This document shows positions 45,040-57,654 of a stretch of DNA of 64,000 nt, piece by piece (within the stretch, counting starts at the first letter, position 1; the number at the start of each line of letters is the position of its first letter). Source of the stretch: Squalus acanthias (Eukaryota). The DNA is taken from positions 111,354,001 to 111,418,000 of the forward strand of contig CM059431.1 in assembly GCA_030390025.1 (NCBI GenBank). The letters are read 5' to 3'. Under the pieces are notes generated by a model, which had not been told where the DNA came from, did not search any database, and was given only the letters and a program-made list of their open reading frames with translations. The position numbers were made by a program, and so were the translations under genes.

Positions 45040-47838
45040 TTGTGTCTTAATGCAAGGAGCATTCGGAACAAGGTGGATGAATTAGCTGCGCAAATAGAGG
45101 TAAATGAATACGATTTGATTGGGATTACAGAAACATGGCTCCAGGGTGGCCAAGGCTGGGAACTCAACATCCAGGGTTATTCAATATTTAGGAAAGATAG
45201 GCAAAAAAGAAAGGGAGGTGGGGTAGCATTGCTGGTTAAAGAGGGGATTAACACAATTGAAAGGAAGGATATTAGCTCTGATGATGCGGAATCTGTATGG
45301 GTAGAACTGAGAAATAACAAGGGGCAGAAAACATTAGTGGGAGTGGTATATAGACCTCCAAACAGTAATACGGAGGTTGGGGACGGCATTTAAAGGGAAA
45401 TTAGAGAAGCATGCAGTAAGGGCACAGCAGTCATCATGGGGGACTTTAATTTACATATAGATTGGGCTAACCAAATTAGTAAAAATACTGTGGAGGAGGA
45501 ATTCCTAGAATGTTTACGAGATGGCTTTCTGGAACAATATGTCGAGGAACCAACCAGAGATCAGGCCATCTTAGACTGGATATTATGTAACGAGAAAGGA
45601 TTAATTAGCAATCTTGTTGCACGAGGCCCCTTGGGTCAGAGTGATCATAATATGATAGAATTCTTCATTAGGATGGAGAGTGAAGTAGTTGAATCAGAGA
45701 CAAGGGTCCTGAATTTAAATAAAGGAAACTACGATGGTATGAGGCGCGAATTGGGTAGGATTGATTGGGGAATGTCACTCAAGGGATTGACGGTGGATAG
45801 GCAATGGCAAACATTCAAAGACTGCATGGATGAACTACAGAATTTGTTCATCCCAGTGTGACATAAGAATAAAACAAAAAGGGTGATTCAACCGTGGCTA
45901 ACAAGGGAAATTAGGGATAGCATAAGATCCAAGGAGAGGGCATATAAATTGGCCAGAAAAAGCGGTAGTCCTGCGGATTGGGAGCAGTTTAGGATTCAAC
46001 AAAGGAGGACAAAGGGATTAATTAAGAAGGGGAAAATAGAATATGAGAGTATGCTTGCTGGGAACATAAACACTGACTGTAAGAGCTTTTATAGATATGT
46101 GAAGAGAAAAAGATTAGTGAAATCAAGTGTAGGTCCCTTGAAGTCAGAAGCGGGGGAAGTTATAATGGGGAACAAAGAAATGGCAGACCAATTAAATGCA
46201 TATTTTGGTTCTGTCTTCACAAAGAAGGACACAAATAACCTCCCAGAGATGTTGGAGAACATACGGTCTGATGAAAGGGAGGAACTGAAAGAAATCAGTA
46301 TTTGCAGGGAAATGGTGTTAGGGAAATTGACGGGATTGAAGGCTGATAAATCCCCAGGGCCTGATAATCTACATCCTAGGGTACTTAAGAAAGTGGCCCT
46401 AGAAATAGTAGATGCATTGCTGATCATCTTCCAACATTCGATGGAATCTGGAACTGCACCCATGGATTGGAGGGTAGCTAATGTTACCCCACTATTCAAA
46501 AAGGGTGGTAGAGAGAAAGCGGGGAATTACAGACTGGTAAGCCTGACATCGGTATTGGGGAAAATGCTAGAGTCCATTATAAAGGATGTAATAGCTGAGC
46601 ACTTGAAAAGCAGTGACAGGATCGGACAAAGTCAACATGGATTTACAAAAGGTAAATCGTGCTTGACTAATCTACTGTAATTTTTTGAGGATGTAACTGG
46701 GAAAATAGATAAGGGAGAACCAGTAGATGTGGTGTATTTGGACTTTCAAAAGGCTTTCGATAAGGTCCCGCATAAGAGATTAGCGTGTAAAGTTAAGGCA
46801 CATGGGATTGGGGGCAAGGTATTGACTTGGATAGAGAACTGGTTGGTGGACAGAAAGCAGAGAGTAGGAATTAATGGGTCTTTTTCCGAGTGGCAAGCAG
46901 TGACTAGTGGGGTACCGCAGGGATCGGTCCTTGGACCCCAGCTATTCACAATATACATTAATGATCTAGATAAGGGAACTAAATGTAATATCTCCAAGTT
47001 TGCAGATGACACAAAGCTGGGTGGGAGTGTGTGCTGCGAGGAGGATACCGAGAAACTTCAGGATGATTTGGACAGGTTGGGTGAGTGGGCAGAAGCGTGG
47101 CAGATGCAATATAACGTGGATAAGTGCGAGGTTATCCACTTTGGTGTCAAAAACAGAAAGGCAGACTATTATCTGAATGGCAATAGATTGGGAGAAGGGG
47201 AAGTGCAACGAAACCTGGGTGTCCTTGTGCACCAGTCGCTGAAAGTAAGCATGCAGGTGCAGCAGACGGTGAAGAAGGCAAATGGTATGTTGGCCTTCAT
47301 AGCGAAAGGGTTTGAGTATAGGAACAGGGATGTCCTGCTGCAGTTGTACAGGGCCTTGGTGAGACCACACCTTGAGTACTGTGTGCAGTTTTGGTCGCCT
47401 TATCTGAGGAAGGATGTTCTTGCCATGGAAGGAGTTCAGCGAAGATTCACAAGGCTGATACCTGGGATGGCAGGAATGACATATGAGGAGAGATTGGGTC
47501 GATTGGGCTTATACTCGCTGGAGTATAGAAGAATGAGAGGGGATCTCATCGAAACATATAAAATTCTGACAGGTCTGGACAAACTAGATGCAGGAAGAAT
47601 GTTCCCGATGGTCGGAGAGTCCAGAACCAGGGGTCATAATCTAAGGATAACGGGTAAGCCATTTAGGACAGAAATGAGGAAGAATTTCTTCACCCAGAGA
47701 GTGGTGAACCTGTGGAATTCTCTACCACAGAAGGTAGTTGAGGCCAAGTCATTAAATATATGCAAGAATGAGTTAGATATATTTCTTAAAGCTAAAGGTA
47801 TCAAGGGATATGGGGAGAAGGCAGGTACAGGGTACTGA
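45040..47838 (+). pseudogene. CR1 ORF2 (APE endonuclease plus RT) with premature stops
   Basis: NARSI, GITETW, MGDFN, SDHN, YLDFQKAFD, PQGSVLGP and FADD. Stops at ~45393, 45861 and 46680. Confidence 0.9.
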
Positions 47839-49317
47839 GTTTGGATGATCAGCCATGATCTCATCGAATGGCGGAGCAGGCTCGAGGGGCCGAATGGCCT
47901 ACTCCTGCTCCTATCTTCTATGTTTCTATGTTTCTAGGGAAGTGGCTTTGAGACCAAGATCAGCCATGATCTTATTGAATGGCGGAGCAGGCTCGTGGGG
48001 CCAAGTGGCCTACTCCTGCTCCTATTTCTTATGTTCTGCTGGATGTAAAAGCAGTGGGAGAAATGGGTCGCTTCATGTGCCGCCAGGCACGGAAGAGAAG
48101 AAGAAGAGAAGATGTGTGCTACAGAAACATTTATTCGGTTCAAGTTGTCTTACACAGCTATGTGTAGAATGGATCTGCCGAGCTGGCCTAGTTATGTACA
48201 TTGCAGAGAGTGCTTCCGACATAGCATATGGTCTGGCTTTACTGATTAATAATCTCCTTGTCGGCTTTTGATTTATCCGATTGTATCCAGCACTCCATCT
48301 GAACTTGGTAACAGAACAGAGCAAGAGTCAAGCCAGAGGCAAATTTGCCTTTGTTAAAGTAGCATCAGTGTTAATAATGATTAGAAATTTCTGTCCAGTT
48401 TATCTTATTAAGATTAATCAATTGCTGTGCATGACTCTGAACTAAGTGCTTCTGCCTCTGGTGGGCACTAATCTGATTGAATAAAAACACATGCAATTTG
48501 AGAAAATGCTCATTGAATATTAAAAGACTCAGAAGTGAAAATGCTCTTTTTTATTTTGCATTCTAAAACAACTCCAGAGGAGCTCAGTATAGAAGTCTTT
48601 ATCTGAACTGCTAACACTGAATCATTAATTCCGGGGGCTGAGCCCTTAAGAATACCTAGTGTATTGGAATGCCAATTCACATATATGCCGCCCATCAGCA
48701 TTTTATGCTGATTTTAGCATTTTGAGGCCCAGCCAATATAAGCACAGGTAGGCCCCTCTTCACTGAGATATTTTCTCCTCCCGAATCTGACGACTAAAGC
48801 ACCCGAACAGGTCCAGGTCTGCTCTCAGTGGAGTGCCGCTCCCAGCGCTAATGGCCAGGACTGCGAGCTCTGCATACTTTTGTCAGGAACTCTCATGACA
48901 TTAATGAGCATGGCACTAATTTTAGGCAGGAGTAGGCAGGGTGAAATGGATGACAACTGAAAGGGAGATGAGAGAATGAAGTAGTGAAAGGGAAGGAGGA
49001 GAATAGATGTCAGTGAAAAGGGAGGGGAGAACGGATGGTAGTTAAAGCACAAAGACTGCAATGGTTCAAAGAGATGACCCACCATCTCCTTCTTGACGGA
49101 ACTAGGGATGGTCATAAAGGTGGGGGGTAATTTTAACCTACCCGGCCCAGTGAGAAACTGATAAGAACAGATCGGCCGCCCGTTTTACATGCTGCAGGTT
49201 TTACTTTCCTTTGACTACAATGGATTTATTTCCACCAGTACGAGTTGTCATCGGATAACTCCCCTCAGTGGCCATTCAACATGCGTGAGGCTGGACAGTG
49301 AGCATTGCCAGCTTATT

Positions 49318-49781
49318 GTCAGCTGTGGCTCAGTGGGTAGCACACTTGCCTCTGAGTCAGAAGGTTGTGGGTTCATAGTCCCACTCCAGGGACTTGAGCA
49401 CATAAAGTCTAGGCTGACACTCCAGTGCAGTGCTGAGGGAGTGCTGCACTGTCGGAGGTGCCGTCTTTCGAATGAGACGTTAAACCGAGATTCTGTCTTC
49501 TCTCAGGTGGATGTAAAAGTGGCACTGTTTGAAGAAAAGCAGGGGGAGTTATCCCTAGTGTCCTGGCCAATATTTATCCCTCAACCAACATAACAAAAAC
49601 AGATTATCTGGTCATTATCACATTGCTGTTTGTGGGATCTTGCTGTGCGCAAATTGGCTGCCGCGTTTCCCACATTACAACAGCGACTACACGTCAAAAA
49701 GTACTTCATTGGCTGTAAAGCACTTTGAGACGTTCAGTGGTCGTGAAAGGCGCTATATAAATACAAGTCTTTCTTTCTTTC
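49318..49781 (+). mobile_element. Deu-domain SINE (SacSINE1-like)
   Basis: Head gtcagctgtggctcagtgggtagc, core gtctttcgaatgagacgttaaaccgag, tail gtgaaaggcgctatataaatacaagtctttcttt. Confidence 0.85.
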
Positions 49782-50119
49782 TATTAACCATGGGGTATAT
49801 CACATCCCATTGGCCTCAGCCCACATTCATATACACACATGTTCCACAGAAGATTTAAAGGGCAGAAGAAATGAATGGCTTTAAGTGAATTTCTGTATTG
49901 CTTTTGTCTTGGGGTTTTATCCTGCTGCCACTTAGGCTTTCAGGAGCCTTTGTAGCAATTATTCCACGGCTTATTTGTTTTTGTTTTGCACAGCTCCATT
50001 AATACAACATTGGGTTTTCTCATGGGGAATATCCTTATCCCAAGAATATGAAGAGATATGATAATAAATTAATTTGTTTATTTATTATCGTACAAGACAT
50101 TTTGGGTTCACCTTACAAC

Positions 50120-51193
50120 AAAGTTGGGAGTACAGATACACAAATCACTAAAAGTAGCAACACACGTTAATAAAGCCATAAAAAAGCAAACAAAGCACTG
50201 GGGATCATTTCCAGAGGGATAGAATTGAAAAGCAGAGAAGTTATGTTAAGCTTGTATCGAACCTTGGTTAGACCACACTTGGAGCACTGTGAACAGTTCA
50301 GGTCTCCATATTATAAAAGGGATATACAGGAAACTCTTTATTAACTGGCACCGACGGGACCGGCGTGGTGCCGGTTAATCAAAAAGTCCGGATAACAGAG
50401 AGTTATATCTCCCAACGTACGAGAGCCCCGTACACATTGACATGCGCCTGCATTCGGAGCTCCATCTCCCGGGGACCGCCAGCTGACCATCTGTCGTGTC
50501 CACTGCCTACCCGGGCTGCACATTCCCCTCCCAATCTACACGCTCCGATACAAGGCAAACGCCTCGGGGTTTTTTTTTAAGTTAATTTTAAACGAGAGAT
50601 GAAGGAAAACCCCGGTTACCTACTCAAGAATTTTGCCGGTTAAGAGAGATTTCCGGATATTTGGGTGCCGGTTAATAAAGAGTTTCCTGTAGAAGCACTG
50701 GAGAAGGTGCAAAAAAGATTTACTTGAATGACACCAGAACTGAGAGGTTATACCTATCAGGAAAGATTGAACAGGCTGGGGCTCTTTTCTCTCGAAAAGA
50801 AAAGACCGAGAGGTGACCTGAGAGAGGTCTTTAAGATTATGAAAGAGGTTTAATAGGGTAGATGTAGAGAAGATGTTTCTACTTGCGGGCGAGACCAGAA
50901 CTAGGGGCCATAAATATAAGGTAGCCACTAATAAATCCAATAGGGAATTCAGGAGAACCTTCTTTACCCAGAGAGTGGTTAGAATGTGGAACTCGCTACC
51001 ACAAGAAGTAGTTGAGGCGAATAGCATTGAAGCATTTAAGGGAAAGCTAGATAAACACGAGGGAAAAAGCAATAGAAGGATATGTTGATGGGTTTAGATG
51101 AAGAAGGATGGGAGGAGGCTCGTGTGGAGCATAAACACCAGCATGGACGTGTTGGGCCGAATGACTAGTTCCTGTTCAGTAATTACTTTGTAA
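50120..51193 (+). mobile_element. CR1 3' fragment interrupted by a MITE
   Basis: LYRTLVRPHLEHC before the MITE and ETRTRGHKYK...FFTQRVVRMWNSLP after it. Confidence 0.8.
50327..50689. mobile_element. Tc1/mariner-type MITE
   Basis: 26-bp TIR CAGGAAACTCTTTATTAACYGGCACC with a TA duplication on both sides. Confidence 0.9.
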
Positions 51194-51390
51194 TACAGGA
51201 ATCCCGCCCCAACCGCGGTTTTGCCATACGCGGATTTCACGTATACACGGTTTCATCTCTGCGGCAATTTTTGCCAACCGCGGCAGTGAATTTTGCGTAT
51301 ACGCGGTTTGCCAAACACGAGACTGCCTTCATCCGCGCCGCTCTTTTCAGCATAATAACAACCACGTGTGTGAACGTTTAGCCATTAATC

Positions 51391-53953
51391 ATGGCCCCTA
51401 AGCGTAACCTCAGTGATAAAGGCGAATCAATAGCAAAAAGGGCAAGGAATATACTAACCTTAGATAGGAAATTAGATGTCGTTAATAGACTTGCCCGTGG
51501 CAGAAAGTACAGCGTCAGTTGGACGACTAATGGGGGTTAACAAGTCCACCATTAGAACCATTAAAAAAAGTGAGGTGTCGATAAGGGCTAGTATTGCAGG
51601 TGGCTCTTCGAAAAGTGCTAAAGTGTCGTTTATGCCACGGGACCATAAGCTTGAAAAAATGGAGAAGGCACTTAATATCTGGTTGGAAGACCAGAACCAG
51701 AAACAAGCGAATGTTAGTTCCGCATGGGTACATAAGAAGACCCTTAGGGGGAAAAATTAGGTCGCGCCCCATTTGGGGCGCAAATATCGTCTGGACGCAA
51801 ATATTAGCGCCTGGCGCTAATTATCGGCACTGACTGGAAACTTCACTTTTACCGCCCCGGGAGGTGAGTGGAGCGCTAAATCAGGCGCTGCACACCTGTC
51901 TTAAGGCGCAAAGGCCAAGGAGTGAGGCGCTACCTCAGAGCGCTGGCGAAGCTCATGTAATGTCAGTCAGCAATGGAACACACACACAATGGCACGGGCC
52001 AGTTCTTAAAGGGGATGGTTAATCTTGCTTTCCATCCACATCCTGTTCATTGCAGCCTTGAATCTCGGCCTGGAGAGACTTGCACATCAAATGTGCTGGA
52101 AAGAACAATGGAGAGTACCAGGCAAAGAGCTCAGAGTGCAGCTCCCACAGTCTCTGCTAAATCGATACAAGGAATGGCAAATCAAAATGAACCTGCAAAG
52201 TGCTGCTCAGTACCCAAAACTCCTTCACACAACGTTGAATCTCTCCAGAAGTCTCTCCCTCTCTCTCTCAGAATGCGTAGTTCAAAAATGCCACCAACAA
52301 TAAAAGACAGGAAGAGGCCCCCTTTAAATAGCGCCCCCCCCAGCCCCACAGCGATTGATAGCGTTCCAGTCTTCTGGTCGTTGGATGCGCCAGGTGGTAA
52401 GGCAGGGGGCGCCACTCAATTTCCGCTCCGGGGCGCCACAAGGACGTTGCACCATGGAATGACATCACAATCTGCGCGCGCAGGTGGTCGCAGCGGTAAG
52501 TTTAGCGCCGCCGCACAATCTCTAGTTAAGTTCCCGAGCGGCGCAAACATCGCTGCGCCCGGGCGTTAGCGGCTTTGCGCCCCATTAGCGCCCTCTTAAG
52601 GCGCTAACGGGAGGCGCAACCAACTGAATTTTGACCCCTTAGTATCTTACTTTGGCTGCTGGGGAAAATGTAAATGACATAAAGTTTCAAGCGAGTAAGG
52701 GCTGGTTGGAAAATTTTAAGAAGAGGTTCGCCTTGACTCACCTCAAGGTTGTAGGGGAATCGGCCTCAGCCGATCACGAGGCCGCTGCCAAGTTCCCGGA
52801 GGAGCTGAAGAAGTTGATCGCCGAGAAGGGTTACCTGCCGGAGCAGGTATTTAATGCGGATCAGACTGGTCTCTTCTGGAAGCGATGCCTTCCCAAACTT
52901 TCATCACGAAGGCTGAGAAGCATGCTTCGGGATTCAAGGTGGCTAAGGATAGGGTGACCCTTCTCCTTTGTGCTAACGCCGAGGGGGACTGTTTAGTGAA
53001 GCCGATGCTGCTCTACCGCTCTCTTAATCCCCGCGCTCTGAAGGGCAAAAACAAAAATTATCTACCTGTCTTTTGGCGCTCTAACTGCAAGGCATGGGTT
53101 ACTGCTGCAGTCTTCATGGACTGGTTTCATAACTGTTTGGTGCATGACGTGGAGCGGTACCTTGCGAGAGAAAATCTGGCCTTCAAGGTCCTACTCATCC
53201 TCGGCAATGTCCCTGGCCACCCGCCAGCACTCCAATTCGCCCACCCTAATATCGAAGTCGTCTTCCTGCCTCCCAACACGACATCACTCCTTCAACCCAT
53301 GGACCAAGGTGTGATAGCCACCTTCAAGGCATACTACATACGACGCAGCTTTGACCGCATGATGGAGACTATGGAGGATGACGCAACACTGACGGTGAAA
53401 ACTTGTTGGAAGGATTACACCATCGCTGACTGCATTACCAACATAAAAGAATCGATGGATGAACTGAAGAGGATGACAATCAACGCCTGCTGGGGTAAAC
53501 TTTGGAAGGAGGCAGTGAATGACTCCCGAGGCTTCCCTACAGTTGACGATGAAGTTGATCGCATTGTGAAGGTTGCGCGACGTTTGGGAGGCGAGGGGCT
53601 GGCCGACAGAGCCTGATGACGTCGAGGAGCTCCTTGATTTGCACGGCGAGGAGTTGACGGAGGAGGACCTTGATGAGCTGATACAGCATTCTAGTGAGGC
53701 AGAGGACGAGGACGAGGAAGAGGATATGGTGGAGAAGTCGAAGATGACAAGTGCCAAACTTAGCAAGGCAATGCTCCTTGCTACTAATCTCTCGGACCTC
53801 TTTATGGAGATTGACCCATTCTTGCAGCGTAGTTTAAAATTCAAGCGAGGTTTGGAGGATTTAATGAGACCAGACAAGCAGGTCCAGAAAGATATTCAGA
53901 GAAAAATGAGTCAACCATCCATCGCAGAATCCTTTAAGAAACCGCCCAGTTGA
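51391..53953 (+). pseudogene. Tigger transposase (CENP-B HTH plus DDE), frameshifted and interrupted
   Basis: MAPKR..., FQASKGWLENFKKR, VFNADQTGLFWK, KDRVTLLLCANA, LILGN (D altered) and LLQPMDQGVI. Confidence 0.9.
51747..52638. mobile_element. Non-autonomous Harbinger (892 bp)
   Basis: Termini gggggaaaaatt / aattttgacccc with TTA TSD. Both ends are nearly identical to those of 54100-58237. Confidence 0.9.
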
Positions 53954-53979
53954 TCTTTTTTATTGTGTTACAGTATTTG

Positions 53980-54099
53980 AACATTTATTGTTTTTGTTAC
54001 GTTATTGTGTATTTTATTTGTGTTTAATAAAAGAACAAGCAACATTTATTGTTTTTGTTACATTATTGTGTATTTTATTTGTGTTTAATAAAAGAACAA
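53980..54099 (+). repeat. ~61-bp tandem duplication in the Tigger 3' region
   Basis: aacatttattgtttttgttac...aataaaagaacaa(gc) occurs twice. Confidence 0.85.
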
Positions 54100-54458
54100 G
54101 GGGTAAAAATTAGGTCGCGCCCCATTTGGGGCGCAAATATCGTCTGGACGCAAATATTAGCGCCTGGCGCTAATTATCGGCACTGACTGGAAACTTCACT
54201 TTTACCGCCCCGGGAGGTGAGTGGAGCGCTAAATCAGGCGCTGCACACCTGTCTTAAGGCGCAAAGGCCAAGGAGTGAGGCGCTAACTCAGTGCGCGAGC
54301 GCAGCGCAGCTGCTGCCAGTTAGCGAGGGAACACAGACAGACTGGCGCCGGACACTTCTTAAAGCGGGGGGGGCCAACTTGCTCCCCAGCCACACCCTGC
54401 TCATTGCAGCCTTGAATCTCGGCCTGGAGAGACCTGTGAATTCATTTTGCTGCCAAGG

Positions 54459-56280
54459 ATGGAGAGGGTGAGAGAACGCGCTCAGCGCTTCACCGAGCGG
54501 GCCTTGGATGCTCTGGTTGGCGCGGTGGAGCGCAGAAGATGTATGCTCTTCCCTGAGAGTGGCAGGAGGCCTTTGCCACGCGAGTTCAGAAGAGTGTGGA
54601 GGGAGGTGGCTCAGAGCGTCTCCTCCAGGAGCATGGTGCCCAGGACCCATACTCAATGCCGCAAAAAGTTCAACGACCTCACTCGGGTCGTCAGGGTGAG
54701 TGGCTTTTTCTCAATACCTCTCCATCCCTCCATCTCAACCTCACTCTATGGCCAGAGGGTCTTAAAACCCCAATGCACAACACTCATCCAACACCTATGG
54801 CCCTTTCATGAAACACACACACACATTCCACACTTTGCATACAGTAAGGGCTATTCACCTATGGGAGGCACATCAGGCAAGACCATGGCTGCATACAGTA
54901 AGGGCTATTCACCTATGGGAGGCACATCAGGCAAGACCATGGCTGTATATTTACTCAGATGCTGTCCTTTTTCTTACAGGCCAAGTGGCGCATAATCGGA
55001 GACAGCAGCAACGGACAGGTGGAGGGCGGCCTCAGCTGCAACCCCTCAGCGATCTTGAGGAGCGCGTCCACAGGATTGTGGCAAGCCGGGTGATCGGTCC
55101 CGTCGCCACTGGAGACGCCGACCCCGTTCTGGACAGCAATGGTAAGGTCATCACCTTTTTGTCCTCTGTCCTTCCACTTGTCCCTCACAACACCAGCCTT
55201 TGACACTTTCAATCCAACTTGCTAACTCGCTGCACTTATTCCTCCCTTACTGCCACCCTGTCCTCACGCTAAAGCCACTCTTGTACCTCCCTGCTTTCAG
55301 ATGGTGATTCACCAGCTGAGGAGACGGGCCCTGAAGCTGCCACTGGGAGTGATGCTGCAGCTGAGGAGGAAGAGGAAGCCGGAGCATCAGTGCCACCCTC
55401 TCCCGAGGAAGCCCATGCCCACACTGGGAACACGCCTTCCCTGGAGGGGAGCAGGGGGGAAGGGTCTGATGAGGGTGAAGCTCCAGGACCCAGCAGGCTG
55501 CAGCAACGCCATGGGGGGGGTAGGGAAGAACGGGGGCCTTCTCCCCAGAGGGAGAGTATGCCAGACACTCCTACTGCAATGGACGCAGAGGAGGAGCGGC
55601 TGATCGCAGAAATGAACACCCAGGCGGTGGGCATGCACACTGAGCTCATGGGTGCAGTGGGAAGGGTGCCCGAATGCATTGAGTCACTGGCAAGGAGTGT
55701 GGAGCACTTCGCTGTAGCACAGGCGGATGCCACACTAACGCTTAGTGCTGCAATTCACTCACTGGCTGCCGTGATCCCATCTCTGACTGCTCTCATACAG
55801 ACTCAGATTGAGGCCACGCGAGCACAGACTGCTGCCAACCTCGATGGTTCGTGCACATGTCCCCGGGGCTGTCACCGCGCCGCAGCAGGCCAGCAATCTG
55901 TTCTCCGGCAGAATGCTCCGGATGCTGAAGTGCTGCCCCGTGGGAGTGCCAGTGTGTCGGGCGAGCAGGGAGTTGCTGTCCTCTCTCACGATGACAGCAT
56001 TCCTGCTGCCAACACTGTCACTTCTCCACTGCACTTGCCACCGCCTGTAGGACAGACTGCTGCCGCCCATGCAGAGTTGGTGCAGTCTGCAGCCGGGCCC
56101 TCCAGGCCCAGAACTGGTCGAGGCCGTCCTTCAGGGGCATCTGCAGTGTCAGGGTCTGACGAGCAGCAGCCTTCCACCAGCCTTGCTGCAGCCACTGAGG
56201 TCCCATTACGGAGGAGCAGTAGGGTTAGAAGGGGGGAAGTGCGCAAGGGAAGGAGATCACCCTCGAAGGGCAAAAAGTAG
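54459..56280 (+). CDS. Harbinger Myb/SANT DNA-binding protein; exons 54459-54695, 54980-55141, 55301-56280; 1-nt deletion at the start of exon 2
   Basis: MERVRERAQRFTERALDALV...WREVA...QCRKKFNDL with GT-AG introns. The exon 2/3 phase is consistent. Confidence 0.75.
54836..54943 (+). repeat. Perfect 54-bp tandem duplication in Myb intron 1
   Basis: tgcatacagtaagggctattcacctatgggaggcacatcaggcaagaccatggc occurs twice. Confidence 0.95.
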
Positions 56281-56574
56281 GAGGTGTGACAAAATGCTGG
56301 TCATTTTTTTATTAAAGGTCGAGGTTCATGGTCCAACTTTTGTTTAGTGTTTTGGACATTATCTCCAGGTTGTGAGAACCAGTTATGTTATTGACTGTTT
56401 TTTTGTGTTTATTTCTATGAGTTTGTCATGAGGAATTGACACACACAGAGTTTGTAAAATAAATAAGTTTCTGTATTCAAAATATACACGGTTGGTGGTT
56501 GGAATTATTGGTGCCTTGGCCGGCTTAGGGGTTGCGTGCTGGGTTCATTAATGTTGTTAGCAATGGCAGGGGCC

Positions 56575-57654
56575 CTAGAAGCGGCTTGCTATTAGCCGTT
56601 GACGGACGGCCCTTGCAGTTTGACCATTGTGGGCTGCCCTCCCGCCTTGGTGCTGCTGATGATCATCGTCCTTGTCCTCTTCCTCCTCCTCCTCTGGTGG
56701 TGCTCCAAGGCCTGGTGGCATTGGCTGGGTCCTGAGGATTGCCATGTTATGCAACATGCAGCACACGACTACGAAGTTCGATACTCGCTCAGGCGAGTAC
56801 TGCAGGGCTCCTCCGGAATGGTCCAGACAGCGGAACCGTTGCTTCAGCACGCCGATTGTGCGCTCAATAATGTTCCTGGTAGCTTGATGGCTCTCATTGT
56901 ACCGCAGCTCAGCAGGGGTGTTGGGCGTACGGAGCGGTGTCATCAGCCAGGTGCTCAATGCATACCCCTTGTCCCCGAGAAGCCAACCAACTGGCTGATG
57001 CGGTGCCTCGAAAAGTTCTGCCACAGTAGTCTGGCGCAGGATAAAAGCATCGTGGCAGCTGCCAGGATACTGGGCATTGACAGCGAGTATCAGCTGTCTG
57101 TGGTCACAGACCAACTGGACATTCAAGGAATGGAACCCCTTTCTGTTCCTGAATTCCTCGGCATTCTCATGCGGAGCACGCAAAGCCACATGCGTGCAGT
57201 CAATGGCGCCCTGCACCATGGGGAAGCCCGCTACCCTCGCAAAGCCCAGAGCGCGGTCACGCTGCTTGTCTGGGGTCATGGGGAAAGAGATGAACTCTCG
57301 TCTCCTTTTGAAGAGGGCATTTGTGACCTGCCGGATGCAGCAATGCACCGCGAACTGGGAGATATTGGCAAGGTCCCCAGCAGCAGCTTGAAATGAGCCA
57401 GTAGCGTAAAAGTTCAAAGCCACTGTGACCTTCACTGCCACCGACAGAGACGTCCTGGACCTCAGTTGAGGCTGCAGATCTGGCTGCAGCAGGTGGCAGA
57501 GCTCAGTGACCACCTCCTTGCTGAATCGCAGCCTTCGCAAACACAGCTCCTCGGACATATGGATGTAGGAGAGCTGTTCACGATATACCCTGGGAGGGTA
57601 AGCTCTCCTGTACATACGCCTGATCGCCCTCCTCCGTCTGGCCATCATTGCCAC
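56575..57654 (-). CDS. Harbinger DDE transposase (HARBI1-like)
   Basis: GAIDCTH, YPGSCHDA, LLGDKGY and IIERTIGVLKQRF. The probable original start MGAALIGG at 57724 is out of frame. Confidence 0.95.
   Translation of the reverse strand: MAMMARRRRAIRRMYRRAYPPRVYREQLSYIHMSEELCLRRLRFSKEVVTELCHLLQPDLQPQLRSRTSLSVAVKVTVALNFYATGSFQAAAGDLANISQFAVHCCIRQVTNALFKRRREFISFPMTPDKQRDRALGFARVAGFPMVQGAIDCTHVALRAPHENAEEFRNRKGFHSLNVQLVCDHRQLILAVNAQYPGSCHDAFILRQTTVAELFEAPHQPVGWLLGDKGYALSTWLMTPLRTPNTPAELRYNESHQATRNIIERTIGVLKQRFRCLDHSGGALQYSPERVSNFVVVCCMLHNMAILRTQPMPPGLGAPPEEEEEEDKDDDHQQHQGGRAAHNGQTARAVRQRLIASRF

Larger units (their letters stand above)
43568..47935 (+). mobile_element. Full-length CR1 LINE
   Basis: GC-rich 5' UTR, ORF1, ORF2 and a (ctatgttt)n tail. 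AGGG is duplicated at 43564-43567 and 47936-47939. Confidence 0.9.

Noticed and set aside
51391..53953. Host TIGD/CENP-B gene
   Set aside because: It is frameshifted, interrupted by a MITE and bounded by TIRs with TA TSD.
54836..54943. CRISPR-like repeat
   Set aside because: It is two adjacent copies with no spacer, in a eukaryotic context.
56599..57396. 265-aa plus-strand ORF
   Set aside because: It is the antisense shadow of the Harbinger transposase.
56575..57654. Domesticated host HARBI1 gene
   Set aside because: It lies within TIRs and a TSD with a partner Myb gene, so it is a transposon copy.
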